A DNA stretch of 64,000 nucleotides, taken from contig CASERH010000003.1 of the NCBI GenBank assembly GCA_949290295.1, positions 650 to 64,649 on the forward strand, read 5' to 3'. Both the position numbers and the translations under genes were made by a program. A model generated the notes under the pieces. It ran no database searches. It saw nothing but the letters and a program-made list of their open reading frames with translations, and was not told the DNA's origin. This document shows positions 9,096-19,488 of this stretch, one piece after another. Numbering within the stretch: the first letter of the stretch is position 1; the number at the start of each line of letters is the position of its first letter. The stretch comes from an uncultured Pseudomonadota bacterium (GTDB lineage: Bacteria > Pseudomonadota > Alphaproteobacteria > RF32 > CAG-239).

Positions 9096-10253
9096 ATGAA
9101 AAAACTTATAAAAATTTTGCTTATTTGTGTCTTGCTTGGCGGAGCAGGTTGGTGGTTTTCGCAAAAAGACGCTAAAGAAGATGCTTATAAAACCCAAAAA
9201 ATTATTAAGGGCGATATTACGCAGAAAATTACCGCCTCTGGTATTATTAACCCTATTTCTACCGTTAATATCGGCACCCAGGTTTCCGGTACCATTGCCG
9301 AGATTTTTGTTGACTATAACACCTTGGTAAAACAAGGACAGCTCTTGGCGCAGATTGATCCCTCCCTTTTCCAGGCTACCGTTGACCAGCGCCGCGCTGC
9401 TCTCAATATTGCCAAAGCAGAGGTCAATGTGGTGAAAAATGATATCGTCTATTATAAGAAAAATCTGGACCGTATCAAAAAACTTAATAAATCTCAGTAT
9501 ACTGCTGATAAGGATTTGGAATCTGCCCAGAGAGATTATGACAATGCCATTGTTCAAAAAGCTTTGAAGGAAGCCCAGGTCTTGCAAGCAGAGGCCTCGC
9601 TCGAACAAGCGGAAATTGACTTGCGCTATACTAAGATTATCTCTCCGGTGGATGGAATTGTTGTCTCTAAAGAGGTGGAAGTGGGCCAAACCGTGGCGGC
9701 CAGTTTCCAGACCCCAACGCTGTTTAATGTGGCGGAAGATCTGACTAAAATGCAAATTGAGGCCTCGGTTGTTGAAGCTGATATTGCCAAGGTTAAAGAA
9801 GGCCAAACCGTAGAGTTTAGTGTTGATAGTTTTCCTGATGAAATCTTTTACGGTATTGTGACACAAGTGCGCAATAATCCAATCACGACCTCAAACGTGG
9901 TTACCTATGAGGTGATTATTGAAATTGATAACCGCGACCTTAAACTCAAACCCGGTATGACCGCTAATGTTAATATCATCACGGCTGAAAAACAAGGCGT
10001 TTTGCTGGTGCCCAATAAGGCCCTCCGTTTCTATATTACCGATGAAAACGGCGAAACCAAACGCTATGCTGACAAAGGATTGTGGATTCTGAAAAATAAC
10101 AAGCCCGAAAGAGTGACTATCTGGACAGGTGTCTCCGATGATGACTTTACGGAAGTGGAGGGCAAGGGCTTGGATGAAAATACTCAGGTTATTCTTGAAA
10201 GTGCGGACTCTGCCGCTAAGGCCAGAGAAATGAGATTGAGGATGCCCAGATAA
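9096..10253 (+). CDS. Efflux periplasmic adaptor (HlyD/MacA family)
   Basis: 385 aa; N-terminal TM anchor, coiled-coil hairpin region, barrel-sandwich-like ISPVDGIV; precedes ABC ATPase and permease genes. Confidence 0.82.
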   Translation: MKKLIKILLICVLLGGAGWWFSQKDAKEDAYKTQKIIKGDITQKITASGIINPISTVNIGTQVSGTIAEIFVDYNTLVKQGQLLAQIDPSLFQATVDQRRAALNIAKAEVNVVKNDIVYYKKNLDRIKKLNKSQYTADKDLESAQRDYDNAIVQKALKEAQVLQAEASLEQAEIDLRYTKIISPVDGIVVSKEVEVGQTVAASFQTPTLFNVAEDLTKMQIEASVVEADIAKVKEGQTVEFSVDSFPDEIFYGIVTQVRNNPITTSNVVTYEVIIEIDNRDLKLKPGMTANVNIITAEKQGVLLVPNKALRFYITDENGETKRYADKGLWILKNNKPERVTIWTGVSDDDFTEVEGKGLDENTQVILESADSAAKAREMRLRMPR

Positions 10254-10942
10254 TGCCGCTGATTGAACTCGAAAATATTACTAAATCTTATCCTCTTGAT
10301 GGATTTGATCTTAAAATTCTCAAAGGTATCAGCCTGACAATAGAAAATGGTGAGTTTGTCGCTATTATGGGACCTTCGGGTTCTGGTAAGTCTACGTTGA
10401 TGAATATCTTGGGCTGTCTTGATAAGCCGACTTCCGGCAGATATAAACTCGATGGCCAAAGAGTGGATAAACTCTCTGCCGATGAATTGGCAGAAATCAG
10501 AAATAAGAAAATCGGCTTTGTTTTTCAAGGCTTTAATCTGCTCTCTCGAACATCTGCGCTTGAAAATGTGGAGCTTCCCATGGTTTATGCCAATGTGCCG
10601 GAAGCTCAAAGAAAAGAACGTGCCGAGGCTGCCTTGGCTAAAGTGGGGCTAAAAGAGCGAATGTACCACCAGCCCAACCAGCTCTCAGGCGGGCAGCAGC
10701 AACGTGTGGCTATCGCCCGTGCCGTGGTTAATGAGGCGCCGATCATTTTTGCTGATGAACCAACCGGAAACCTTGATACCAAAATGAGTATCGAAATTAT
10801 GGATTTGTTCACCAAGCTCAACCAAGAACTCAAAAGAACAATCATTTTGGTTACTCACGAGGAGGATATTGCCCGCTACGCCGACAGAATTATCAAAATC
10901 GTCGATGGTGAGATTCATTCTGATGAGAGGGTGGTAAAATGA
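10253..10942 (+). CDS. ABC transporter ATP-binding protein (MacB/LolD-type)
   Basis: Walker [10 protein letters not shown], signature LSGGQQQR, Walker B IIFADEPT. Confidence 0.93.
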   Translation: MPLIELENITKSYPLDGFDLKILKGISLTIENGEFVAIMGPSGSGKSTLMNILGCLDKPTSGRYKLDGQRVDKLSADELAEIRNKKIGFVFQGFNLLSRTSALENVELPMVYANVPEAQRKERAEAALAKVGLKERMYHQPNQLSGGQQQRVAIARAVVNEAPIIFADEPTGNLDTKMSIEIMDLFTKLNQELKRTIILVTHEEDIARYADRIIKIVDGEIHSDERVVK

Positions 10943-12168
10943 TTGATTTTAAAACCATATTCAGCATCGCTATCAGAGCTATCAGAGCTAATAAAATGCG
11001 CTCCATTTTAACCAGTCTCGGTATCATCATCGGAGTGGCCGCCGTGATTGTAATGCTCTCTATCGGCCACGGAGCGCAGGTTTCGATCCAAAACGAGATG
11101 AAAACCATGGGCTCAAACCTTATCATCATTCGCTCCGGTGTGGCAACTTCCAGCGGAGCTCGCGGCGGACATGGTTCTCAGCCGACAATGAAGGCCAGCG
11201 ACGGTGATGCCATCCAGGAAAAAATCAGCAAAATTCGTCTGGCGGCTCCGGTCTTGGAGGAGACAACCCAAATCGTCTATGGAAACGCTAACTGGTCTAC
11301 CGGCGTGACCGGAACAGACAGTCGAATGTTTGAAATTAAGGAGTGGGATTTGGCCTATGGGAGAATGTTTTCTCCGGCCGATGTTAAAAACTCCAATAAA
11401 GTTGCCATTTTAGGACAGACTGTGGTGAACGAGCTTTTTGGTGATGTGGACCCCTTAGGCAAAACTATCCGCATTAAAGGTATGCCGTTCCAGGTTATCG
11501 GGGTGTTGGTGGCCAGAGGGCAGAGCGGTATGGGTATGGACCAAGATGACGTGGTCTATATTCCTATTACTACCGCCCAGAAAAAAGTGATGGGTATCAG
11601 TTTTCCTGACCAAGTCAAATTTATTATGTTGCAAGCTGTTGATGCCGAGAGCACCTACACCGCGCAGGAGGAAATCACTCAGCTTTTGCGTCAGCGCCAC
11701 AATCTGGGCGCTAATAAAGAGGATGACTTTGTTATCCGCAACCTGACCCAGATGATGGAAATGATGGAAAATTCAACTAAAATCATGACAATTTTGCTTG
11801 GCGCCATTGCCTCTATCTCTCTTTTGGTCGGCGGTATCGGTATCATGAACATTATGCTGGTTTCAGTAACCGAGAGAACCAGAGAAATCGGAATCAGAAT
11901 GGCAATAGGGGCCAAGGCTTGGGATATTCGTTGGCAATTCTTGATGGAATCACTCGTGCTTTCTCTTATCGGTGGGCTGGTCGGAGTGATTATCGGTTTG
12001 GTCGGTTCTCAGATGGTGAGTATGTTTACCTCGCTTTCGGCAAAGGTCTCGCTTCTTTATGTCTTGCTGCCGTTTTCTTTTGCCGGTTTGGTTGGCCTAT
12101 TCTTTGGCTTTTATCCGGCTTATAAGGCCTCGCTTCTGAACCCGATTAATGCTTTGCGCTATGAATAA
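10939..12168 (+). CDS. ABC transporter permease (MacB periplasmic domain + FtsX domain)
   Basis: 409 aa; N-terminal TM, large periplasmic domain, C-terminal 3 TM; 4-nt overlap with the ATPase gene. Confidence 0.85.
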   Translation: MIDFKTIFSIAIRAIRANKMRSILTSLGIIIGVAAVIVMLSIGHGAQVSIQNEMKTMGSNLIIIRSGVATSSGARGGHGSQPTMKASDGDAIQEKISKIRLAAPVLEETTQIVYGNANWSTGVTGTDSRMFEIKEWDLAYGRMFSPADVKNSNKVAILGQTVVNELFGDVDPLGKTIRIKGMPFQVIGVLVARGQSGMGMDQDDVVYIPITTAQKKVMGISFPDQVKFIMLQAVDAESTYTAQEEITQLLRQRHNLGANKEDDFVIRNLTQMMEMMENSTKIMTILLGAIASISLLVGGIGIMNIMLVSVTERTREIGIRMAIGAKAWDIRWQFLMESLVLSLIGGLVGVIIGLVGSQMVSMFTSLSAKVSLLYVLLPFSFAGLVGLFFGFYPAYKASLLNPINALRYE

Positions 12169-12175
12169 TCTATTC

Positions 12176-13117
12176 TTATTTATGCTCTTGCAAAAAGCGG
12201 TCTGCTTCCAAGGCGGCAACACAGCCTGAGCCGGCGGCAACAATGGCTTGTCTGAATTCCGGATTTTTGACATCGCCGGCGGCAAAAACACCGGCAATGT
12301 TGGTGCGGCTGCTACCCGGGCGGCAGGCAATATAGCCTTCTTTGGTGAGCTCTATTTGGCCTTCGAAAATTTCGGTGTTGGGATGGTGGCCGATAGCCAC
12401 AAAGACACCGTCTACCTTAATTTCTTTTGTTTGGTCGGTCTTGACGTTTTTGAACCTTAGTCCGGTGACGGAAAGCGGATTCTCGGTGCCTAAAACTTCT
12501 TCAACAACAGAATCCCATTCAACTTGTATCTTTTTGTTTTTGCTCAGCCTTTCTTGCATGGCTTTGTCTGCTCTTAGGGCATCGCGTCGATGAATGAGTG
12601 TTACGCTATGGGCAAAGTTGGTTAAATACAGAGCTTCCTCTACCGCCGTGTTGCCGCCGCCGATAACGGCAACATTTTTGTTGCGGTAAAAGAAACCATC
12701 ACAGGTGGCACAGCCCGAGACGCCGAAACCTCTGAACTTTTTTTCGCTTTCCAATCCCAGCCAGCGGGCAGAGGCTCCTGTGCAGATAATCACCGTTTCT
12801 CCGCAAAATTGGTGGTGGTTTTCTGAACTGCAGATAAAGGGACGATGTTTGAAATCTACCTCAACAATTTTGTCATCAACAATCTCGACCCCCAAATTTT
12901 CTGCTTGTTTGCGCATTTGCATCATTAACTCGGGGCCGGAAATGGCTTCGGGAAAGCCCGGAAAATTTTCAACCTCTGTGGTGATTGTCAGCTGGCCGCC
13001 GATTTGCTCGCCGGAGACCAAGATTGGTTTTAGGCCGGCGCGAGCCGCATATATTCCGGCCGTGTAGCCTGCCGGACCGGAACCAATGATTAATACAGGG
13101 GTTTTATATTCAGCCAT
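12176..13117 (-). CDS. trxB: Thioredoxin reductase
   Basis: FAD motif GSGPAGYTAG, redox centre CATCDG; start set to the ATG with a GGAG RBS (the track ORF extends to 13147). Confidence 0.94.
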   Translation of the reverse strand: MAEYKTPVLIIGSGPAGYTAGIYAARAGLKPILVSGEQIGGQLTITTEVENFPGFPEAISGPELMMQMRKQAENLGVEIVDDKIVEVDFKHRPFICSSENHHQFCGETVIICTGASARWLGLESEKKFRGFGVSGCATCDGFFYRNKNVAVIGGGNTAVEEALYLTNFAHSVTLIHRRDALRADKAMQERLSKNKKIQVEWDSVVEEVLGTENPLSVTGLRFKNVKTDQTKEIKVDGVFVAIGHHPNTEIFEGQIELTKEGYIACRPGSSRTNIAGVFAAGDVKNPEFRQAIVAAGSGCVAALEADRFLQEHK

Positions 13118-13150
13118 GATGTTATACTCCAAGAATTTTTTGCTCACAAA

Positions 13151-13173
13151 AAACCACCCCGAAAGGGTGGTTT
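13151..13173 (-). terminator. Intrinsic terminator of greA
   Basis: AAACCACCC / GGGTGGTTT stem followed by TTTTTT on the minus strand. Confidence 0.8.
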
Positions 13174-13183
13174 CTTATATAAC

Positions 13184-13666
13184 TTAAATATATTTAATTT
13201 CAAGAATCTCAAAAGATTTGCGGCCGCCGGGAGCCATATAATTGGCCGAATCTCCGACTTCTTTGCCAATCAGGGCTTTGGCCAATGGAGAGGAGAGTGA
13301 AATCTTGTTCTTTTCAATATCAGCCTCATAATCACCAACAATTTGGTATGTCTTTTCTTCATCGGTGTCTTCATCGGCAACGGTGACAGTGGCTCCAAAA
13401 CGGATGACATCATAGTTGGCTTTGGCAACATCTATAACCTGAGCGCGGCTCAAAACAGCCTCCAAATCCTGAATCCGGCCTTCAATGAAACTCTGTTTTT
13501 CTTTGGCGGCGGAATACTCAGCGTTTTCTGACAAGTCGCCATGTGAGCGCGCCTCATCAATGGCGGCAATGATGTTGGGGCGTTCTACGCCTTTTAGATT
13601 TTTTAACTCTTGCTCAAGGGCCTCAAACCCTACTTTGGTTAAAGGGAATTTTTCCATTTTTTTCAC
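13184..13666 (-). CDS. greA: Transcription elongation factor GreA
   Basis: 160 aa; GreA coiled-coil N-terminal domain (HGDLSENAEY) plus C-terminal domain. Confidence 0.94.
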   Translation of the reverse strand: MKKMEKFPLTKVGFEALEQELKNLKGVERPNIIAAIDEARSHGDLSENAEYSAAKEKQSFIEGRIQDLEAVLSRAQVIDVAKANYDVIRFGATVTVADEDTDEEKTYQIVGDYEADIEKNKISLSSPLAKALIGKEVGDSANYMAPGGRKSFEILEIKYI

Positions 13667-13875
13667 CTGTTGTTAAAAATTATTAGAGTTAGAAAAAACG
13701 AACTGCGAGGGAGGGGTGCTCCATCACAGCTCGTGTTTGTTTTGATGTTTCTTACTCTACCACCAATAAAAAATAAATCAAGCAAATTCTTTGTTGGAAA
13801 ACTTTTGTTTGTTCTATACTTTTGGCGAGAATATGTTAAAGTTATTTCGTCTTTTATTAATTTCGGAGATTGAAA

Positions 13876-14334
13876 ATGAAGAAAATTTATCTTGCTTCTT
13901 TACTGATTGGCGGTGCTTTGCTGGCTGCTGCTCCTTCTTATGCCGTTGACAGCACCGGTTGCGGTCTGGGTTCAATGGCCTGGCGCGGACAAAGCGGAAT
14001 CGGTCCTCAAGCTTTGGCGGTGACAACTAACGGAATCTTTTCTACTCAAACTTTTGGTATTACCTTTGGTACATCCGGATGTGATCCTAACGGAAGAGTT
14101 TCAGGCGGAACAGGCAGAATGGTTTTGGCCTTTGTTGAAAACAACATGGAGCAGTTTGCTATGGATGCTGCCGCCGGACATGGTGAAACCATTGATACTT
14201 TGGCCGGTATCTTGAATGTTGACAGTGAGGAATTGGGAGCTAAGACCAGCGCTCAATTTGCCTATTTGTTTGACAATGAAAATGTTGACGCGGTCGATGT
14301 TACCTTAAAATTGTTAAACATTGCCCAAGCTTAA
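13876..14334 (+). CDS. Secreted DUF3015-family protein
   Basis: Signal peptide; GCGLGS and TFGTSGC motifs recalled for DUF3015; start set to the ATG after a GGAG RBS. Confidence 0.7.
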   Translation: MKKIYLASLLIGGALLAAAPSYAVDSTGCGLGSMAWRGQSGIGPQALAVTTNGIFSTQTFGITFGTSGCDPNGRVSGGTGRMVLAFVENNMEQFAMDAAAGHGETIDTLAGILNVDSEELGAKTSAQFAYLFDNENVDAVDVTLKLLNIAQA

Positions 14335-14340
14335 TTTTTT

Positions 14341-14376
14341 AGCCACTCTTAAAGTTCTTTAAGAGTGGCTTTTTTC
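14341..14376 (+). terminator. Intrinsic terminator
   Basis: AGCCACTCTTAAAG / TTTAAGAGTGGCT stem followed by a T-run. Confidence 0.8.
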
Positions 14377-14392
14377 TTTTTTGTGATAATTG

Positions 14393-16225
14393 ATGAATTT
14401 GTGGCGGTATTTGTATAAGCGGGGGCTTTTCTCGCTTTTCTTTTTGTTAATCTCTGCTTATCCTTTGCGGGCTGAAGATGATTTTGCCTATTCTCCCGAA
14501 TGGCTTGCCGTTGGCCACTACCAGCCCAAAGGCAAGGGTTATGAAAGTACGATTGATACGCCGAATTTCTTTTTGAGCAAAAACGGAAAAGTTAATCCTA
14601 AAAGTGAACTTGAGGCAACTATCGCCTTGTTCCAATCCAATGATGACAAAACCAAATGTTTTTTCCCCTCCCGCTACAAACTTTTGACCAAAGCCGGAAT
14701 TATTGACTATGAATTTCCCTCTTGCAGTGAATATGAAAAATTTTATGATGATTTGCGGCCGGCCGGTGTAACATTTCTCTTTACCGATGCTTATATGAAC
14801 AACCCATCTTCTTTGTTCGGGCACACACTTCTTAGAATCGACACTGCCAGAAAAGGAACTCAGCTCTTGGCGCACGGGGCTAACTATGGTGCTTTTACCG
14901 AGGGAAAAGAAAACAGTGTCCTTTTTGCCGTTTATGGCTTGATTGGCGGATATTATGGCGGATTTACCGTAAAACCTTATTATGATATCATCAACACTTA
15001 TAACAATATCGAAAACCGTGATATTTGGGAATTTAATCTTGATTTTTCTCCTCAAGAGCTTGATTTCTTTGTGGCCCATTTGTGGGAAGTGGGGCAGGCG
15101 CAATCTCGCTACTACTTCTTCTCTCGCAATTGTTCTTATATGTTGATGGAGGTTTTGGATGCCGTGCGGCCATCTTTAGAGCTGGCCAAACAATTTCCTG
15201 TTCAGGCTATTCCCCTAGATACGGTTAAGGCCGTGTATCGGACTCCCGGTTTGGTTAAAAGCATTAACTACCGGCCATCTCGGCAAAATAAAATCAGGCA
15301 TCGTTATAAGTTGATGAATGAAACCGAGCGCCAGGCTTATTTGCGGGTTATTCTTGAACAAGATTATGATATTGCCGCTTTAGATGAAACAGCCAAAGCC
15401 AATGTGACGGAAACGGCCTACCAATTTGTGCAATATCAATATGTGGCCAAAAAATTAGAGCTGGCTGATTATCGTAAGCAAAGTTTTGCTCTGCTGCGCA
15501 CCAGAAATTCACTTAAAAATCCAGGCAATATTGAAGAGCTCAAAGAAGGCAAAAAGCCTTTTGACGCTCATGAATCTATGCGCGCAACGGTTGGGTTAGG
15601 GTTCAGAAACGGCGAGGCTTTTCAGGAAATTTCTTATCGGCCGGCTTATCATTCATTAACTGATGATACTTATGGCTTTTTGCGGGGGGCAGAAATCAAT
15701 TTCCTTAATGCTGCTTTCAGGCACTATGACAGCTCTGATAAATATGTTTTGCAAAATTTTGACTTGGTCGGTATTCGTTCAATTTCGCCGATAGATGAAA
15801 TGTTTGCGCCGCTTTCTTTTCAAGTCTTGGCCGGGGTTTCAAGGGACTTTAACCCCAAAACGCAAGAGGAGGGATATGCAGCTCATTTGACCGTGGGCGG
15901 AGGTGGAACTTATGCCCTGACAGATAATATCTGGTTGTTTGCTTTGGGCAACACTCATGGCGCCTATGGCGGATTCCTACCCAACAATCAATGGCTCGGT
16001 TTGGGGGCAAATTTTGGTGCTTTTGCCGATTTTGGCAGATGGCGTTTGTTGGCCGAGGCTGAAAAAATCTATGCAACCGCTAAAATCGGCTCAAAAATGG
16101 TTTATAAGTTGGAAACTTCTTTTACTCTTGCAACCAACTGGGCCGTGGCTTTGCACTATAAATATGAGCAAAACTACGGCCATGATGTGGATGAGAGCCT
16201 TATCTCCTTGCGCAGCTATTTTTAG
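14393..16225 (+). CDS. DUF4105-domain periplasmic/outer-membrane protein
   Basis: About 610 aa; signal peptide; NNPSSLFGHTLLRID segment typical of DUF4105; aromatic C-terminus ...SLRSYF suggests an outer-membrane barrel. Confidence 0.7.
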   Translation: MNLWRYLYKRGLFSLFFLLISAYPLRAEDDFAYSPEWLAVGHYQPKGKGYESTIDTPNFFLSKNGKVNPKSELEATIALFQSNDDKTKCFFPSRYKLLTKAGIIDYEFPSCSEYEKFYDDLRPAGVTFLFTDAYMNNPSSLFGHTLLRIDTARKGTQLLAHGANYGAFTEGKENSVLFAVYGLIGGYYGGFTVKPYYDIINTYNNIENRDIWEFNLDFSPQELDFFVAHLWEVGQAQSRYYFFSRNCSYMLMEVLDAVRPSLELAKQFPVQAIPLDTVKAVYRTPGLVKSINYRPSRQNKIRHRYKLMNETERQAYLRVILEQDYDIAALDETAKANVTETAYQFVQYQYVAKKLELADYRKQSFALLRTRNSLKNPGNIEELKEGKKPFDAHESMRATVGLGFRNGEAFQEISYRPAYHSLTDDTYGFLRGAEINFLNAAFRHYDSSDKYVLQNFDLVGIRSISPIDEMFAPLSFQVLAGVSRDFNPKTQEEGYAAHLTVGGGGTYALTDNIWLFALGNTHGAYGGFLPNNQWLGLGANFGAFADFGRWRLLAEAEKIYATAKIGSKMVYKLETSFTLATNWAVALHYKYEQNYGHDVDESLISLRSYF

Positions 16226-16950
16226 AGCTCTATTTGGCGGCGGCTGTTTTTGATGAAGTTGCGCGCCCGCGCCAGAGCATCAGGGCCGGAGGTCTGCACT
16301 CTGATGATGATATTGTTCTCGGCAATGCCGGTGATGTAGCAATAGTTGTCTCCGTCATCATATACCAGGTAGTTTCTACCATCAATAAACTCTATTTTGA
16401 AATCTTTGCCTTTTAGGCGTTGTTGTTTGAAATCGGTAATGCTGAAATCTGCCGCTTGGTCGGGGGCGGTTTTGGCGTTGAAAGCCTTTTGCAGCTCTTG
16501 CAAGCGTTCCTCATTTTGGCTAAAAGAAAAGTCAAGCGTCTTGCCGTTATCATTCTTGCTGCCGGCAACCATAAACTTATCCTGTTCATTACTTTTTTGT
16601 TGCTCTTGGTAGGCTCTGAAATCTTTGAAAGTGCGGTTGGCTTCTTGAATTTGAGTATTTATCTCTTTGTTCATTTGCTCTGCGGCTTTGCTCAGAACCT
16701 GATTTTCCTCAATCGATTTCATCAGCGGCGGGAGAGTTCTGAAAAAATCTTGCATCATCTGCGCCATGCTTTCTGAGAGGGCCGGCATCACTTTTTGCAT
16801 ATGTTGGTCTATCTTTTCAATTGATTGCTGCATGCTTTTTTGCGTTTGCTCAAAGCTTTTTTGAACATCGGCGTTGATGACCTCTGTTTCTTGTGCGGCG
16901 GCATTGGCGGCGATGCTCATGATGGCAAGAATGCTTAAAAATTTTTTCAT
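16222..16950 (-). CDS. Secreted Q/E/K-rich hypothetical protein
   Basis: Start set to MKKFLSILAIMSIAANAAAQE (signal peptide) with a GGGAGG RBS; no family recognised. Confidence 0.65.
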   Translation of the reverse strand: MKKFLSILAIMSIAANAAAQETEVINADVQKSFEQTQKSMQQSIEKIDQHMQKVMPALSESMAQMMQDFFRTLPPLMKSIEENQVLSKAAEQMNKEINTQIQEANRTFKDFRAYQEQQKSNEQDKFMVAGSKNDNGKTLDFSFSQNEERLQELQKAFNAKTAPDQAADFSITDFKQQRLKGKDFKIEFIDGRNYLVYDDGDNYCYITGIAENNIIIRVQTSGPDALARARNFIKNSRRQIEL

Positions 16951-17071
16951 CTTTATATCCTCCCTGGCTGGTTTTAAAATAGTGCAGGATGTGCAGAAAG
17001 GCAATTGATTTTTTTGAGATAGACGTGTAAAGTAAATGCCAATCTATGTAAAAAGCTAAAGGAGAATATAA

Positions 17072-17524
17072 ATGTTGCGTGAAGAATTACAAAAAGCTCT
17101 GAAAGAATCTATGTTGGCTCATGATGCGGCCACCACCAGTGCCGTGCGTTTGATTATTGCCGGCCAAAAGGAAAAAGATGTTGAAGCCAGAGGTAAGGGA
17201 GCTAAAGAAGCCACCGATGCCGAATTAATGGCAATGATGCAATCCATGATTAAACAACGCAATGACTCCATCAAAATGTATTTGGATGGAAAGCGTCCGG
17301 ATTTGGCTGATAAGGAAAAAGCCGAAATTGCCGTTATTGAGCGCTTTTTGCCAAAACAAATGAGCGAAGAAGAGGCAACTGCCGCCATTAAGGCCATTAT
17401 TGCCGAAACCGGGGCTTCCTCCATGAAAGATATGGGCAAAGTTATGGGAGCTTTGAAATCTAAGTATGCCGGCCAGTTGGATATGGGCAAAGCCAACGGT
17501 ATTATTAAGGGATTGCTCTCTTAA
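17072..17524 (+). CDS. GatB/YqeY domain protein
   Basis: 150 aa; YqeY-like sequence; classical position upstream of dnaG-rpoD. Confidence 0.85.
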   Translation: MLREELQKALKESMLAHDAATTSAVRLIIAGQKEKDVEARGKGAKEATDAELMAMMQSMIKQRNDSIKMYLDGKRPDLADKEKAEIAVIERFLPKQMSEEEATAAIKAIIAETGASSMKDMGKVMGALKSKYAGQLDMGKANGIIKGLLS

Positions 17525-17543
17525 GTTTTGAAGATGGTGGAAA

Positions 17544-19346
17544 ATGGCCACAACCGAACTGCAAAGATTTTGTGACGAGCTGCGGGCAAAGATTTCTATT
17601 GCCGACGTGGTTGGTCAAAAAGTTAAACTCACGCGTAAAGGGCGTGAGTACACCGGTTTGTGCCCGTTTCATAATGAAAAAACGCCTTCTTTTACCGTTA
17701 ATGAAGCTAAAGGTTTCTACCATTGTTTTGGCTGCGGCGCGCATGGTGATATCATCAAATTTGAGATGGATGCCAACGGCCTTACGTTTATGGATGCTAT
17801 TGAAAAACTCGGCCACAAGGTGGGAATGGCGCTGCCAAAACTTTCGCATGAAAGCAAAGAGCAGGTCGAGAAGCGTAATTCTGCCTATGATATTATGGAA
17901 ATGGCGTGCAAATTTTTTGAGAAAAATTTGCGCCTGACCGGTGGGCAGGAGGCCTTAAATTATCTTTATGGCCGTGGGTTTGATGATGCGATTATTGCTA
18001 AATTTCGCCTTGGGTTTGCACCCAACAACAATGGGCTTAAGGCCCAGCTTTCTTCTAAGGGAATCAGCGAAAAAGAAATGGCAGAGCTCGGGCTTTTGAC
18101 TATTCCAGAGGGGCGCAGACCTCATGACTTTTTCCGCAACAGAGTCATGATTCCCATTATTGATAAACGCGGCAAAGTTATTGCTTTTGGCGGCCGCGTG
18201 ATGGACGGAAGCCAACCTAAATATCTGAACTCGCCGGAAACACCGGTTTTTAATAAGCGCCGAGTGCTCTATAACCTCAATAACGCTCGGGATGCCGGCT
18301 ATGAGGCCAAGAACCTCATTATCTGCGAAGGGTATATGGATGTTATTGCCATGGATAAGTATGGCATATCTTATGCCGTGGCGCCGCTCGGAACAGCTCT
18401 GACCGAAGACCAAATTGCTGAGGCCTGGAAAGTGGTGCAAGAGCCTATTTGTTGCTTTGACGGTGACAGCGCCGGGGTGAGGGCTGCTATTCGCTCGGTG
18501 GATAGGGTTTTGCCGATTTTGAAACCTGGATATTCTCTGAAGTATGCTTTTTTGCCTGACAAGCAAGATCCAGATGAATTTCTCAAGGCTCACGGACAAG
18601 AGGAATTTCTTAAGGTGGTTAATGATACAATGCCGCTTAAGGACTTGTTATGGAAGAAAAATGTCGACGGGCAGCCGCTTAATACGCCGGAGCAAAAGGC
18701 TTTGCTTGAGAAAAATATCAGAGAAGAGGTGGCTAAAATTACCGATGAAACCGTGCGCGGCTACTATACGCAGGATATGAAAAACAAAATTTATCATGAA
18801 ATCGGTAGAGGGGCTTGGCGCCAACAAGATAAAAATACTCATTTCGGCAAAACGGAGAAAACTACAATCTCTCTGGCCTCAAGTGTCAGAACCAATCTGG
18901 ATGATTTGGTGGCGGAGTTTGTTGTTTCGGCCTTGATTGCTTATCCTCAGTTGATTGAGGAATATGAGGAAAAATTGCTCAATTTTGAGATAAAGTCATC
19001 AAAACTTAAGGTGTTGTTTGAGACCTTATGCGAGATGGTGCATGACGGTGCGGAATTTGAAAATACCGATGATTTGTTGCAGTCTCTGAAAGATAAAGGA
19101 TTTGCCGATGTCTTACAAAAAAACATTGAACTGAAAATGCTTAAAAAACAATGCCCTGATGTGATAAAAATGCGCCAAAATCTAGATGAAAGAATTTTAG
19201 AAGTGCAGCTAAAACAGATTGAAAGCGATATTAGAGAGTGTGCAAGGCAAATGGAAAATGACGAGTCGTTTTCGGAGGCTTATAGTCGGTATGAAACCTT
19301 GAAAAAAGAGCGCGATTCTTTGCTCTCATCGCAGGGGGCTGATTGA
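17544..19346 (+). CDS. dnaG: DNA primase
   Basis: Zinc-binding CPFHNEKTPSFTV...CFGCGAHGD; TOPRIM EGYMDV...DGDSAG. Confidence 0.96.
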   Translation: MATTELQRFCDELRAKISIADVVGQKVKLTRKGREYTGLCPFHNEKTPSFTVNEAKGFYHCFGCGAHGDIIKFEMDANGLTFMDAIEKLGHKVGMALPKLSHESKEQVEKRNSAYDIMEMACKFFEKNLRLTGGQEALNYLYGRGFDDAIIAKFRLGFAPNNNGLKAQLSSKGISEKEMAELGLLTIPEGRRPHDFFRNRVMIPIIDKRGKVIAFGGRVMDGSQPKYLNSPETPVFNKRRVLYNLNNARDAGYEAKNLIICEGYMDVIAMDKYGISYAVAPLGTALTEDQIAEAWKVVQEPICCFDGDSAGVRAAIRSVDRVLPILKPGYSLKYAFLPDKQDPDEFLKAHGQEEFLKVVNDTMPLKDLLWKKNVDGQPLNTPEQKALLEKNIREEVAKITDETVRGYYTQDMKNKIYHEIGRGAWRQQDKNTHFGKTEKTTISLASSVRTNLDDLVAEFVVSALIAYPQLIEEYEEKLLNFEIKSSKLKVLFETLCEMVHDGAEFENTDDLLQSLKDKGFADVLQKNIELKMLKKQCPDVIKMRQNLDERILEVQLKQIESDIRECARQMENDESFSEAYSRYETLKKERDSLLSSQGAD

Positions 19347-19404
19347 GATTTGCTTTAGGAAGAGCGAATCGGCAGAAATTTTGCGAAAAATTATCGGGAA
19401 ACTC

Positions 19405-19433
19405 TTGACAATTGATTCAAAAATTATTACAAA
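19405..19433 (+). promoter_or_regulatory. Candidate sigma70 promoter of rpoD
   Basis: TTGACA - 17 nt - TACAAA, about 55 nt upstream of the rpoD ATG. Confidence 0.35.
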
Positions 19434-19488
19434 ATGCTCTAGCTCGAAGTTTATGCAAAAACCGGTTTTGTAATAATAAGGAACGTTA

